Translations under genes and position numbers: made by a program
Notes under the pieces: generated by a model
The model's database searches: none
The model's input: only the letters and a program-made list of their open reading frames with translations
What the model was told of the DNA's origin: nothing
Assembly: GCA_040285825.1 (NCBI GenBank)
Contig: JAUPSS010000001.1
Coordinates: 1,612,001-1,676,000, forward strand
Source of the DNA: Eukaryota sp. TZLM1-RC
Lineage: Eukaryota > Protista > Metamonada: BaSk clade
DNA length: 64,000 nucleotides
Reading direction: 5' to 3'
Shown: positions 11,139-24,680 of the stretch, one piece after another
Position numbering within the stretch: the first letter of the stretch is position 1
How the letters are laid out: every line of letters starts with the position of its first letter

Positions 11139-12201
11139 CGGAAAATTTGTTGGAAAATGCCTGATGGATCTTAATTATTGGTTTCAGTGCGCTCATTATG
11201 CCAATCTGAACAGCAAAGTAATGTCACATCTTATGCAGTTGTCCAAGTTATCTAATTCCCAATGTTTATGATAGTGCTGAATGGAGAGATGATTCAATTG
11301 GAGATGCAATTGTTAACATTCTACCTGATTTTCTTATTTTTTTTGTTATGACTTACTTTATCACACAAAGCATAATGAAAATTATGCTTCACTTGCGACT
11401 GAGTTGAGACATGAATTCATTCTATTCACAAAGAACTGATGAAAAGAAGGAAAATGGTCTCGATTTGTTAGTTATGATTTTATATGTAACAGGAGATGTA
11501 TAGTGGACAAAAATTGAAGAGTATGCATCAGTGTCTTGAATTGTTATCATCAAATTCACTGTTTTTGGTTTCTTGAGTCATCATCATTCATTGAGTCATT
11601 AGAGTTTCTACATGAAGATTAGTTACTACTAGTTGCATCTAATTGCAAAAAAATTACTCATTCCAAAGTCTACAATCAGATCCATCTGTAAAAGGCCAGC
11701 TTTTGAAGCTTTCACATGCTGGTGCCGCGATATTTTTGCAAGAGAATCATACTTCACCGATTAAAACTCTTATTCATTCAACAAGAAATATGAAAACATA
11801 AGATTATTGGGAAAGCGATCCATTGATGGCATCAGAGGTATTTGCAGTGGTCACAAAGCGACCACGCAGAAAGTCTGCAGGTCTTTCTGGGATTTCGATT
11901 GATCATATCAAAGCTACGGTTACGTCTTCAGAAGATTATAAGTACAATGAGCCCTTATCTCATCTAGGACGTGTTGAGCATGTCAAATATCAGCTGGTTC
12001 CATTTGCTGTTTTTTTGGTGACATTGGTATAGCTGGAATGCATCAGCCAAAGAAGAGGAAAACAAAGACTGCTTTGCGGCACCATAACGACCACGTAAGC
12101 ACAATTTACGGCAAATTTTTGATTTTACAATTTTTCTATTTCTAAATTTTTTCTTAAAACAATTTTTGTTTTTTCTAGCAAAATATTTCCAGAAGGATGA
12201 A

Positions 12202-14121
12202 TTTTTTTTTCTCCCTCCCTTAGTCAACCCTCTCATATTTCACTTTCTGTCAAGGCGTCAAAGTCGTACTGTTTCTCTGTCAAAACGATGCCTTTGGCTG
12301 ATAGTGACTCTGATACTGATTGGAACGCCCAAGCAAAGATTCTACCAGTCAGATCAAGCTCATCCACTCTACTTCCCCACTCTCCCCACAATACAAGCTA
12401 TGCTCGAAATTCATCTCAAAAAAATTTTCATTCAAAAACTGATCATTATACCAGAAAAAACACAGAAAAACCACCATTACGTTCCTTACGTTCTGTTGCG
12501 CGTGCTATTAACAACCCCGTTTCTCGAAATTTGTTTTCTCCAGCTGAAACTGCAAAAAGTCAAAAGTCTATTTCTACTTTTAACTCAAAAATTGACAAAA
12601 TTGAAAGAACTGAAAAAATGAAACCACTGCCATTAAAAGGTTCTAAAAAATGTTCGATTTGTGGTATCAGTGGTCATAATTCGAGAACGTGCCCTGAGAA
12701 ACAAAAAAGAGAATTTGAATTAAAATCTGTTCAACAAATTCTCAAATGTTCTGTTCCAGCTGTTGCCGTTGTGAAAAGTGCTGAAAATAATGTTTCTGAC
12801 GATCAACAGTTAAATGCTTCTAGTGTTCCCTCTTCTTCCCCTTCTGAAAACAGTAATTTTTGTTGTCCATTTTGCAAAAAAGATGTTGCAGATTCACGAA
12901 ATGGTCGAAAACTTCTGTTTTGTACGAATTGTAAAGCCGTTGATACCGTAAGACCCCCGATCCGGATCCCAGTAGAAATAAGTCCCGCCAGCACAATCCC
13001 CTTCTCAATGGAAATGAGAAATTTTACTTCTGAATTGAAAAATAATAAGTGGAATATTTCATCCTTCTGGAAATATTTTGCTAGAAAAAACAAAAATTGT
13101 TTTAAGAAAAAATTTGGAAATAGAAAAATTGTAAAATCAAAAATTTGCCGTAAATTGTGCTTACGTGGTCGTTATGGTGCCGCAAAGCAGTCTTTGTTTT
13201 CCTCTTCTTTGGCTGATGCAAACTCTGATACCCTTGAAAAACTTCAAAAGTTGCATCCTCAAGAAAATTTCAAGTGCAGCAAGCCTGAAGTGTGTCCTTT
13301 TTGGATTGAAAATCCTATTACTGCAATTGAAGTTCTTAAAGCTATTCAAAAATTGCCAAAGGGGAAAGCAGCAGGCCCATCTGGAATTACTTTTGATCTG
13401 TTAAAAATAGCGTGTTCCAGTGCTCCCGAAATTGCTGACGATCTAGCCCACTATTTTCAACAATTGATTGTTTTGAAAATTAATCCCCCATTTGAATTAC
13501 TCGCAGCACGTCTGATTGCTTTAGTAAAGCCTGGAAACGGAATTAAACCTGTTGGAATACGCCCAATTGCTGTTGGTGAATCTCTTTCTCGTTTGCTAGC
13601 ATCAATTGTCTTCGATCGTGTCAAAGACAAAGCTTCTACATTTTTGAATCCTCATCAATTTGGAATCAAAACAATTGATGGTGCTTCTGTTGCTGCTATT
13701 GCCTCTGATACGTTTTTTAATGCAGAGGAAAATTATTTTATTTTTAATCTCGACTTTAAAAATGCTTTTAATTCTGTAAAGCGAGAAGCAATTTTTGAAG
13801 TTATTAAATCTGATTTTCCTGAGCTATCGAGTTTTTTCTACCATTTTTATGGGAAAGAATCAGATTTAATTTTTAATTCATTTGGTCTTAAATCATCTTC
13901 TGGAGTGAAGCAGGGAGATCCTTTAGGCCCATTATTGTTTTGTTTAGCTATTCACAAAACTTTAAATATCATTAAGCAAAAATACCCTTCTATAAAAATA
14001 GTTGCTTATATGGATGATATATCCTTGATTGGTTCATTTGATTTACTAGAATTGGTTGCTCAAGAAATTGCCGATTCATATGAAAATATTGGGCTTCATC
14101 TTAATGCCAGCAAATGCCTTC
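12202..14121 (+). mobile_element. Family A with intact 5' end (UTR, knuckle, RT up to YMDD), broken by a family C copy
   Basis: ORF 12288-14135 MPLADSDSDTDW..., CSICGISGHNSRTC, RT motifs. Confidence 0.92.
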
Positions 14122-17035
14122 TTTTTTTTTGTTAACGGGATGTTTATTTTTATTCAACAACAAATATGAAATACACAATTAAAACTCCACATCCTCAAAA
14201 CCTGCCTCCCCTACATCAAAACAATTAATCGCTAAAGATTCAGAAAATTTCCCAAAAGAAGATAGTGAATCAGAAATTAGTGTTACCATTCCCTTAAAAA
14301 TAGAAAATACAATCCTGTTTTGCCAGTAAACACGATTGAAAATTCTTCCAGTTCTTTCCTTTACAACTACAACAAAATCCTCAAGGAAAGCCATAGCAGC
14401 CTTACCTAGAGATCCAAGCAAAGAAAAAACAAATGGACATAAATTATATTGGGCATGAGAATTTTCATTAACCGAGGAAATGGCTTTCGCATATTTAGCA
14501 ATTTTATATTTTTCGCCTGCAAGAAGAGGATTATTTACATCCGAGTTAATGAAATGTTCGTTAGAGGAATTACAAGGGTCAATAGACATGGCGTCCAAAA
14601 TAGTAAAACTACCATTTAAACCAGGAACAACTAGATCACCTCTAGTCAGACCCATAGAAGCTCTGTTGTAACGCGTACTATCAATATTGGGATCATCAAG
14701 AATTAATTTTGATAACAGCGGTTCTAAAAAGGAATCTACACGATATGATTTGCACATTACATAAATTTGGTCCCTGACGTTATTATGCACTTTGCTTCTA
14801 AACGTAATGAAATGTTTACAGTTCAAAAGATGAGTAAACAAAAGAGGTTTACCACATTTACAAGTTAAATGATTGGGCAAATTGTTTGGCCACAGAAAAC
14901 AACGAAAACGCATGTTTAGAAGCAATTCATTGTCTTTTAACAAAAGTCCATAAACAGAGGGAACTTGAGTTACTAAAGCAGCAACTGAACTATCACGAAT
15001 ATCCTTTAAAAAATTACCGAAAGCGGGATTTTTAGTTTTGGCCAAGCCAAATCTTACTTCATAATCCAAGCCTTCATATAATTTAACCAGATGGTGCTGA
15101 AGCTTTTTCAAGCAAAAACGTAAATTTGGAAGTGATCGAGTGGGAATTTCTTGAACATTTTGAGGAAAACACTGAATCCAGATATCACTAGGCAAATTTT
15201 CTAATTCAAATTGCAGTTGATTCAAGTAAAAATTTGATTCACCATTGATCAGATGAACATCAAAAGGGAACCTTTGGAAAAATTCAAAAACAAAATTTTT
15301 ACCACCTCCCAAAAATGATGCTTTACACAGAATCGAAGATTTGGTGAATCCAATTCCACCCAAATCTGCTGAACAAAATACATGACTTCGAATTAAAGAT
15401 TCATTTACTTCTAATAAAGAAGAAAAAAATTTGACTCGAAGTTTGTTAAAAGATCTGCAAAAATTGAGAGATACCGAAGGGGAGTTGACCTTAAAATATG
15501 AGTGAATTTTTCCAGAATAACAAATTTTTAAAATAAAAAAATTTGATGTGTTTCTCAATGTCACATTCAGCAATAAAACTAAGATCCTTGTCAAACTTCT
15601 CCAATAAATTGTTTAACTGGGAATAAATTTCATCCAAATTGCCAAGCCAACATCCAAGAAACTTAAAAGCTTGTTGGTCATAATTGATAAAAGGAATCTG
15701 AGCTCCACCAATCATCAAATATTGTTTTTCTCTACCAATCAAGAGACATTTAGATGGGTTCAAAGCTAAACCAATTTCTTTGTATTTCGCCGCAATGTCT
15801 TCAGAAACCCTAGAAATGCTTTCAAAAGAACCAATAATAGAAATGTCATCCATATAGGCAACAATACGCAAATCAGGGAAATCTTGTTGTGTCATTTTAA
15901 TAATATTATGAATAGCCAAACAAAAGAGCAAAGGGCCAAGAGGATCACCTTGTTTCACACCAGAAGAAGATTCAAGGGTAAAGGAGTCAAAAATTAAGTC
16001 TGATTTTTTTCCATAAAATAAATAAAAATATGCAGAAAGTTCAGGAAAATCATGAAGAAGCACATCCAAAATACAATTACGTTTCACAGAATTGAAAGCA
16101 TTTTTGAAATCCAAATTGAAAATATATTGATGTTGTTGACTATTGAAAAAAACATCTGAAGTCATTGAAGCAACAGAAGCACCTTCAACAGTTTTTATAC
16201 CAAATTGGAAAGGCTTCAAATAGTCCCTTGCTTTAGTAGAAATTCTGTTAAAAATAAGCGAAGAAAGCAATCTGGTTAATGACTCTCTAATGGCAATTGG
16301 TCTAACTCCATCAGGTTTGTCACCTTTACCAGGTTTAACTAAAGCAACTAAACGGGCAGCAGTCAATCCAGGCGGAGGAACATAATTTAAACACATTAAA
16401 TTTTGAAAATAGGAAGCAAGATCCTCAACAATTTCAGGAGCATTTTTACAGGCAGTTTTTAACAAATCAAAGGAAATGCCTGAAGGACCAGCAGCTTTTC
16501 CTTTTGGTAATTTAGCAACGGCATTCAATACTTCTTGAGCCTGAAATGGATTTTCAAGCCAATATTGACAAATAGAAGGCTTACTGGGGCAAAAATGTTC
16601 AGTTGGATGGAGGGATTTCAATTTTTCAACAGTTTCGAGATTGGTATCAGCCAGTTTTCCCGAAAAAATATTTTTTAATCCGCTTCCATATCTACCTCTC
16701 AAAAACAATTTTCTAGCCTGAAAAAATGAATTAGCTTTTCCCTGATTTGGTTTGTAATTAATTTTCTTCTTATTCTTTTTGGCAAAGAATTTCCAAAATC
16801 TTGTTATGTTCCATTTGTTTAATTTCAATTGCGAAGAAAAAGAACGCATTTCCATTGACAAAGGAACAGAACTGGCAGGACTCACCTCTACAGGAATTTT
16901 AACAGGTGTACGAAGAGAATCACTTGTTTGACAGTCATAACAAAACAATAGAGGGCGACCATTAGAAGAATTAGAGAGGAACTTTTTGCAAAAAGGACAA
17001 CTATGTTTCAAGACATTATCCGTAGGATCCATCAA
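14122..17035 (-). mobile_element. Family C near-complete copy (5'-truncated, one frameshift)
   Basis: ORFs 15491-17035 (RT) and 14179-15594 (RLE, ends AGFEDVEF*); T-run tail at 14122-14130. Confidence 0.92.
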
Positions 17036-19027
17036 TTTTGAAAAATCATATTTTTTCTGATGTTCAACTTGGCGGTGTTGGATTCAATTCATCAAAATAT
17101 TTGACCAAAGCTGCATTTATTGGTGGTGGAAAAAATTTTGTATTTGAATTCTCTAGAAGATATCCTTTTGCCGAAAATCTTCTTGAAAATACAAATAGCC
17201 TATTCCTGGATAACTTAAGAGAAGAAATATCCAGTTTATCTCCCGACTTATGGCAATCATGTTTCCCCATATCCATTCAAGAAATTCCAGACAGAGTTTA
17301 TATTCATTAAAATTTGCGTTGAAAAAGCTCCAACGACATCTTTTGAAAAATTTTGAAAACAAGGATTTTATTGTTCGACTTAGCACGGCTAAGAAAGATA
17401 ATCCTGCTTTTGCCAATTTTTTGATTGATTTGAAGGACAGTTCATCTGCAGTTTTGATAAATCAAATTCCCCAGGTTTATGGTCTATTTTTGAATGACGA
17501 CCAATGGACCACTGCTATGAGAATGCGTTGTTATTTATGGCCTTGTAATTTGCCCAATGATTTGTTTTGTAAATGTGGAGCTGGTTTGACATTATCACAT
17601 TTATTTAATTGTAATAGATATATTTCCTATCGTTCTACGTTGCATGATGCAGTTAGAGATCAAATCCATGCAATGTGTAATTCCTATCATATTGAATCCT
17701 TTGTAGAACCTTTGTTGAGGTCTCTTGATATAAATGAAAGCGTAAGAGATTCAGAATATGGAAAACGACGTGCTGATGTTGTTGTGCCCTCGTTTGATGA
17801 TGTCATGAATGTTGTTGATGTCGTAACAGTGGATGTTTGCAAGAAAAATGCCTTGAAAAATGCTCAATCCGAAGTATCCCCCTTGATGACTCCGAATTGT
17901 ACAAACGGAAAAAGTATGCAAATCCTTTAAAAAGAATTGAAACATGTTCGCCATGTAGATTACCAAATTTGCCCATTTGCTATATCGTTGTATGGTCGTC
18001 TTGGAAAAACTGCTTTGAATTTTATTGATGATTTTGAAAATCTTGTGAAAAAAAGAATGAATAAGCGTTTTGATCGTCGCTTGTGGCTAAATCGTATTGT
18101 TTTTACTATTTTCAAATCAATTCCTAAAATGATTTCGAAAGCTTTAATGTCTGTCAGTGCACATTATGAAAACATTGCTGCTGTAAGGTTTGATGGTGTG
18201 GAAGCTTGTTTTGAAGATATTGACTTTTTAGACTGTGGTTTTGAAAATAAATTAAATTTTTTTAAAAAAAAATATCTGGCATTAAATTTCTTGAAGGTTT
18301 CAGAAGTTTAATAAAAGAAAGAGCAGGAAAAGAATTGAACTTCAATTTCTGGCACAATAGAATTGTTTTCAGTATTCTTAAAGCAATTCCAGAAATGTTG
18401 ACCAAAGCACTGTTACAATTAGGAATACAGTATGAAAATCGCGCTTAAAAAGATTTGATGATGTTGATGCGTGTATTGAGGATATTGAGTTCTAGTTTTC
18501 TGTTTAATGTTTTCTTAGCGTTGAAAATAAATTTATCCTAAAAAAAACATTATACCAATCCATAGGTCTTGATTTGAATGTTCAAAAATGTTTTTGTATT
18601 TCTAGGAAAAATGTTAAGTTAATAATTAATTCCCTCGAAGTTCCATATATTGATTATACTTCAACTAGTTTCTGCTTTCTGGGTTGCTATTTAGGTTCCG
18701 CCGAAAAGACACTTGACAGCCTTGAAAATTATTTAAATTCAATTAAAAAAGAGCTAGAAGTCATAAAAACTCTTGAATTGGAAAAACATCTTAAGTTTTT
18801 TCTTTTGAAAATTTGTTATGCTGGAAAAATTACTCATTTACTGCGATCATTACCTCCATCCCTAACTTACAATTTTTGTAGAAAATTTAACAAAATACGT
18901 ACCCAATTTTTGGCTTATTTAATGTCTGTTGATCCATCAATTTTGAAAAATCATATTTTTTCTGTTGTTCAACTTGGCGGTGTTGGATTCAATTCATCAA
19001 AATATTTGACCAAAGCTGCATTTATTG
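17026..19027 (+). mobile_element. Composite: B 3' part (17026-18271), D 3' end (18271-18547), B middle fragment (18548-19027)
   Basis: B end ACFEDIDF plus A tail, then D end ACIEDIEF* plus A tail, then B thumb region. Confidence 0.88.
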
Positions 19028-19036
19028 TTATCATTT

Positions 19037-19778
19037 ATTGGTATCTCTGAATTTTTGCAGATCTTTTAACAAACTTCGAGTCAAATTTTTTTTTCTTCTT
19101 TATTAGAAGTAAATGAATCTTTAATTCGAAGTCATGTATTTTGTTCAGCAGATTTGGGTGGAATTGGATTCACCAAATCTTCGATTCTGTGTAAAGCAGC
19201 ATTTTTGGGAGGTGGTAAAAATTTTGTTTTTGAATTTTTCCAAAGGTTCCCTTTTGATGTTCATCTGATCAATGGTGAATCAAATTTTTATTTGAATCAA
19301 CTTCAAATCGAATTAGAAAATTTGCCTAGTGATATCTAGATTCAGTGTTTTGCTCAAAATGTTCAAGAAATTCCCACCCGATCACTTCCAAATTTACGTT
19401 TTTGCTTGAAAAAGCTTCAGCACCATCTGGTTAAATTATATGATGGCTTGGATTATGAAGTAAGACTTGGCATGGCCAAAACTAAAAATCCCGCTTTCGG
19501 TAATTTTTTAAAGGATATTCGTGATAGTTCAGCTGCTGCTTCAGCAACTCAAGTTCCCTCTGTTTATGGACTTTTGTTAAAAAACAATGAATGGCTTCTA
19601 AACATGCGTTTTCGTTGTTTTCTGTGGCCAAACAATTTGCCCAATCATTTAACTTGTAACTGTGGTAAACCTCTTTTGTTTACTCATCTTTTGAACTGCA
19701 AACATTTCATTACGTTTAGAAGCAAAGTGCATAATAACGTCAGGGATTAAATTTATGTAATGTGCAAATCATATCGAG
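19037..19778 (+). mobile_element. Family C internal fragment
   Basis: ORFs 19154-19339 and 19406-19750 match family C. Confidence 0.85.
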
Positions 19779-19796
19779 TTTTTTTTGCAGATTTGT

Positions 19797-22700
19797 TTTA
19801 TTTAAATTTAATTTTATTCTAAACCTATAAATCAACATCTAAAAAAACCATCTCTCCTAAAACAAAAACACTAGATGCAACTCTCTCATAGTGAGATCCA
19901 AGAGAAAGCAAAGCATCAGAAACCATCTTCAACATCCCCTTAAAAATAGAAAACACAATTCTATTTTGCCAAAACAATCTGTTGAAATTTCTGCCAGTTC
20001 TTCTCTTTACAATCATTTCAAAATCATCCAAAAAACGTAAAGCAGTTGGTGGAAGTGAACCAAAAATGGAAAATACAAATGGATACAAATTGTATTTTGC
20101 ATGCTGTAGACTGGCCAATTTGGACAAAGGTTCATTGTATTTTTTGAATTTAAAATTTTCAGCATTTGAAAGGGGATTATGAATTTCAGAATTAACAAGC
20201 CTTTCATTTGAGGCATTACAGGGATCAACAGACATTACATCCAATAAAATGAAGCTTCCATCTAATCCAGGTAATATGAAATCACCTCTATTATTCTTAT
20301 GAAAATCGTTTTCAGCATCAAACAGATTTGACAACAAAGGTTCCAAGAAGGATTCAATTCTATGAGATTTACACATACAATATAACTGGTCTCTTACAGC
20401 ATCATGAACCTTGCTTCTAAAAGTAATAAAATGTTTACAATTTAGCAAATGAGTAGTTGTAATTTCTCGAGAACATTTACAAATTAAATTATGAGGTAAA
20501 TTATCAGGCCAGATAAAGGAACGAAATCTCATATTCAGAGTCCAAGCAGAATCGGATAAGAGAGTACCATAAACTTGTGGAATTGTTGTTACTAAGGCAG
20601 AGGAAGTACTGTCACACATATCTTGTAAAAGATTTGCAAAAGCGGGATTCTTTTTCTTGGCCAAGCCTAGTCTAACATCAAAATCCAAGCTTTCAAAAAT
20701 CTTTGACAATTTTTGTTGAAGCTTTTTACAGCAAAACTGTAAATTAAATAGAGATCGGTTTGGAATTTCTTGAATTGATCGAGGAAAACATTTGGTCCAA
20801 ATTTATGGTGGTAATTTTTCAAGTTCACAAGATAACTCATACAAATAGGGACTACAATTGGGGACTAACAGATGAGAATCATCAGGAAATCTACGAGAAA
20901 ATTCATAAATAAAATTTTTGCCACCACCCACAAAATTGAAGATTTAGTAAAACCAATACCACTCAAATTTGCTGAAGAAAACAAATGGCTTTTCAACATT
21001 CCTGGTTCTACATCCAATAAATCAGCAAAAAATTCTGTTCTCAATGAATTAAAAGAACGACAAAAATCTAATGCTATGGAAGGAGCACAAGATCTCAAAA
21101 TGTGGGTTATTCTCCCAGTGTAGCAAATTTTAAGCATAAAAAATTTAATATGCTTTTCTAGATCTAAAGAAGAAATTGAATCAAGTTCAATTTTAATTTT
21201 TTCCAAAATAACTTGCAATTCATTCTGAATTTGAGGCTCTAAAAAATGTTCGATTTGTGGTATCAGTGGTCATAATTCGAGAACGTGCCCTGAGAAACAA
21301 AAAAGAGAATTTGAATTAAAATCTGCTCAACAAATTCTCAAATGTTCTGTTCCAGCTGTTGCCGTTGTGAAAGGTGCTGAAAATAATGTTTCTGACGATC
21401 AACAGTTAAATGCTTCTAGTGTTCCCTCTTCTTCCCCTTCTGAAAACAGTAATTTTTGTTGTCCATTTTGCAAAAAAGATGTTGCAGATTCACGAAATGG
21501 TCGAAAACTTCTGTTTTGTACGAATTGTAAAGCCGTTGATACCGTAAGACCCCCGATCCGGATCCCAGTAGAAATAAGTCCCGCCAGCACAATCCCCTTC
21601 TCAATGGAAATGAGAAATTTTACTTCTGAATTGAAAAATAATAAGTGGAATATTTCATCCTTCTGGAAATATTTTGCTAGAAAAAACAAAAATTGTTTTA
21701 AGAAAAAATTTGGAAATAGAAAAATTGTAAAATCAAAAATTTGCCGTAAATTGTGCTTACGTGGTCGTTATGGTGCCGCAAAGCAGTCTTTGTTTTCCTC
21801 TTCTTTGGCTGATGCAAACTGTGATACCCTTGAAAAACTTCAAAAGTTGCATCCTCAAGAAAATTTCAAGTGCAGCAAGCCTGAAGTGTGTCCTTTTTGG
21901 ATTGAAAATCCTATTACTGCAATTGAAGTTCTTAAAGCTATTCAGAAATTGCCAAAGGGGAAAGCAGCAGGCCCATCTGGAATTTCTTTTGATCTCTTAA
22001 AAATAGCATGTTCCAGTGCTCCCGAAATTGCTGATGATCTAGCCCACTATTTTCAACAATTGATTGTTTTGAAAATTAATCCTCCATTTGAATTACTCGC
22101 AGCACGTCTGATTGCTTTAGTAAAGCCTGGAAACGGAATCAAACCTGATGGAATACGCCCAATTGCTGTTGGTGAATCTCTTTCTCGTTTGCTAGCATCA
22201 ATTGTCTTCGATCGTGTCAAAGACAAAGCTTATACATTTTTGAATCCTCATCAATTTGGAATCAAAACAATTGATGGTGCTTCTGTTGCTGCTATTGCCT
22301 CTGATACCTTTTTTAATGCAGAGGAAAATAATTTTATTTTTAATCTCGACTTTAAAAATGCTTTTAATTCTGTAAAGCGAGAAGCAATTTTTGAAGTTAT
22401 TAAATCTGATTTTCCTGAGCTATCGAGTTTTTTCTACCATTTTTATGGGAAAGAATCAGATTTAATTTTTAATTCATTTGGTCTTAAATCATCTTCTGGT
22501 GTGAAGCAAGGTGATCCTTTAGGTCCATTATTGTTTTGTTTAGCTATTCACAAAACTTTAAATATCATTAAGCAAAAATACCCTTCCATAAAAATAGTTG
22601 CTTATATGGATGATATATCCTTGATTGGTTCATTTGATTTACTAGAATTGGTTGCTCAAGAAATTGCCGATTCATATGAAAATATTGGGCTTCATCTTAA

Positions 22701-24410
22701 TGCCAGCAAATGCCTTCTGATTGGCTCTTCTGCTCAAGACCTCGTGATAAACGATTCTATTGTCCCTTTTACTAATTATAGTAGTGATGCTTTTAAGTTC
22801 CTTGGTTGTTGGTTAGGAAATGTGCCTCAAATTCAGAATGAATTGCAAGTTATTTTGGAAAAAATGAAAATTGAACTTGATTCAATTTCTTCTTTAGATA
22901 TAGAAAAGCATATTAAATTTTTTTATGCTTAAAATTTGCTACACTGGGAGAATAACCCACATTTTGAGATCTTGTGCTCCTTCCATAGCATTAGATTTTT
23001 GTCGTTCTTTTAATTCATTGAGAACAGAATTTTTTGCTGATTTATTGGATGTAGAACCAGGAATGTTGAAAAGCCATTTATTTTCTTCAGCAAATTTGGG
23101 GGTATTGGATTTACTAAATCTTCAATTTTGTGTCAATCAGCATTCTTGGGTGGTGGCAAAATTTTATTTATGAATTTTCTCGTAGATTTCCTGATGATTC
23201 TCATCTGTTAGTCCCCAATTGTAGTCCCTATTTGTATGAGTTATCTTGTGAACTTGAAAAATTACCGCCACAAATTTGGACCAAATGCTTTCCTCAATCA
23301 ATTCAAGAAATTCCAAACCGATTTCTATTTAATTTACAGTTTTGCTGTAAAAAGCTTCAACAAAAATTGTCAAAGATTTTTGAAAGCTTGGATTTTGATG
23401 TTAGACTTGGCTTGGCCAAGAAAAAGAATCCCGCTTTTGCAAATCTTTTACAAGATATGTGTGACAGTACTTCTTCTGCCTTAGTAACAACAATTCCACA
23501 AGTATATGGTACTCTCTTATCCGATTCTGCTTGGACTCTGAATATGAGATTTCGTTCCTTTATCTGGCCTGATAATTTACCTCATAATTTAATTTGTAAA
23601 TGTTCTCGAGAAATTACAACTACTCATTTGTTAAATTGTAAACATTTTATTACTTTTAGAAGCAAGGTTCATGATGCTGTAAGAGACCAGTTATATTGTA
23701 TGTGTAAATCTCATAGAATTGAATCCTTCTTGGAACCTTTGTTGTCAAATCTGTTTGATGCTGAAAATGATTTTCATAAGAATAATAGAGGTGATGTCAT
23801 ATTACCTGGATTAGATGGAAGCTTCATTTTATTGGATGTAATGTCTGTTGATCCTTGTAATGCCTCAAATGAAAGGCTTGTTAATTCTGAAATTCATAAT
23901 CCCCTTTCAAATGCTGAAAATTTTAAATTCAAAAAATACAATGAACCTTTGTCCAAATTGGCCAGTCTACAGCATGCAAAATACAATTTGTATCCATTTG
24001 TATTTTCCCTATTTGGTTCACTTGCACCAACTGCTTTACGTTTTTGGATGATTTTGAAATGATTGTAAAGAGAAGAACTGGCAGAAATTTCAACAGATTG
24101 TTTTGGCAAAATAGAATTGTGTTTTCTATTTTTAAGGGGATGTTGAAGATGGTTTCTGATGCTTTGCTTTCTCTTGGATCTCACTATGAGAGAGTTGCAT
24201 CTAGTGTTTTTGTTTTGGGAGAGATGGATTTTTTAGATGTTGATTTATAGGTTTAGAATAAAATTAAATTTTAAAAAAAAAAAAAAATTTGAGGCACATT
24301 TCCTAACCAACAACCAAGGAACTTAAAAGCATCACTACCATAATTAGTAAAAGGGACAATAGAATCGTTTATCACGAGGTCTTGAGCAGAAGAGCCAATC
24401 AGAAGGCATT
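19797..24410 (-). mobile_element. Family A copy (19797-21237 and 24286-24410) interrupted by an oppositely oriented family A copy
   Basis: The minus-strand A sequence resumes after the insert; aatttgaggc is duplicated on both sides. Confidence 0.88.
21238..24285 (+). mobile_element. Family A near-full-length copy (5'-truncated just before the zinc knuckle), 10-bp TSD
   Basis: ORFs 21367-22932, 22925-23173, 23130-24062, 24044-24250; poly(A) at ~24273-24287. Confidence 0.93.
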
Positions 24411-24680
24411 TTGCCTTTGTGTGATGCCCCTGAAATTACGCCTGAAAAAGTGCAAAAAAGAAGATATACCTGTTCCAATTGTGGCAAGGTTGGTCATAAC
24501 ATTAGAAAATGTCCTGATATTATTACCGAAAAAATGAGACTGAAAACCAATATTTCTATTGTTAATAGTTTGCAAACGCCATCCGAACTAAATCTTCCTC
24601 CTGTTCCCAATGTTTCTGCTGATGATGTTAATTATGATTTAAATATTGATCAAACTCATTTACCAAAAACTGTTGCTCCT
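24411..24680 (+). mobile_element. N-terminal CCHC zinc-knuckle fragment, probably from family C or D or a fifth family
   Basis: RRYTCSNCGKVGHNIRKCPD, similar to but distinct from the A and B knuckles. Confidence 0.6.
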
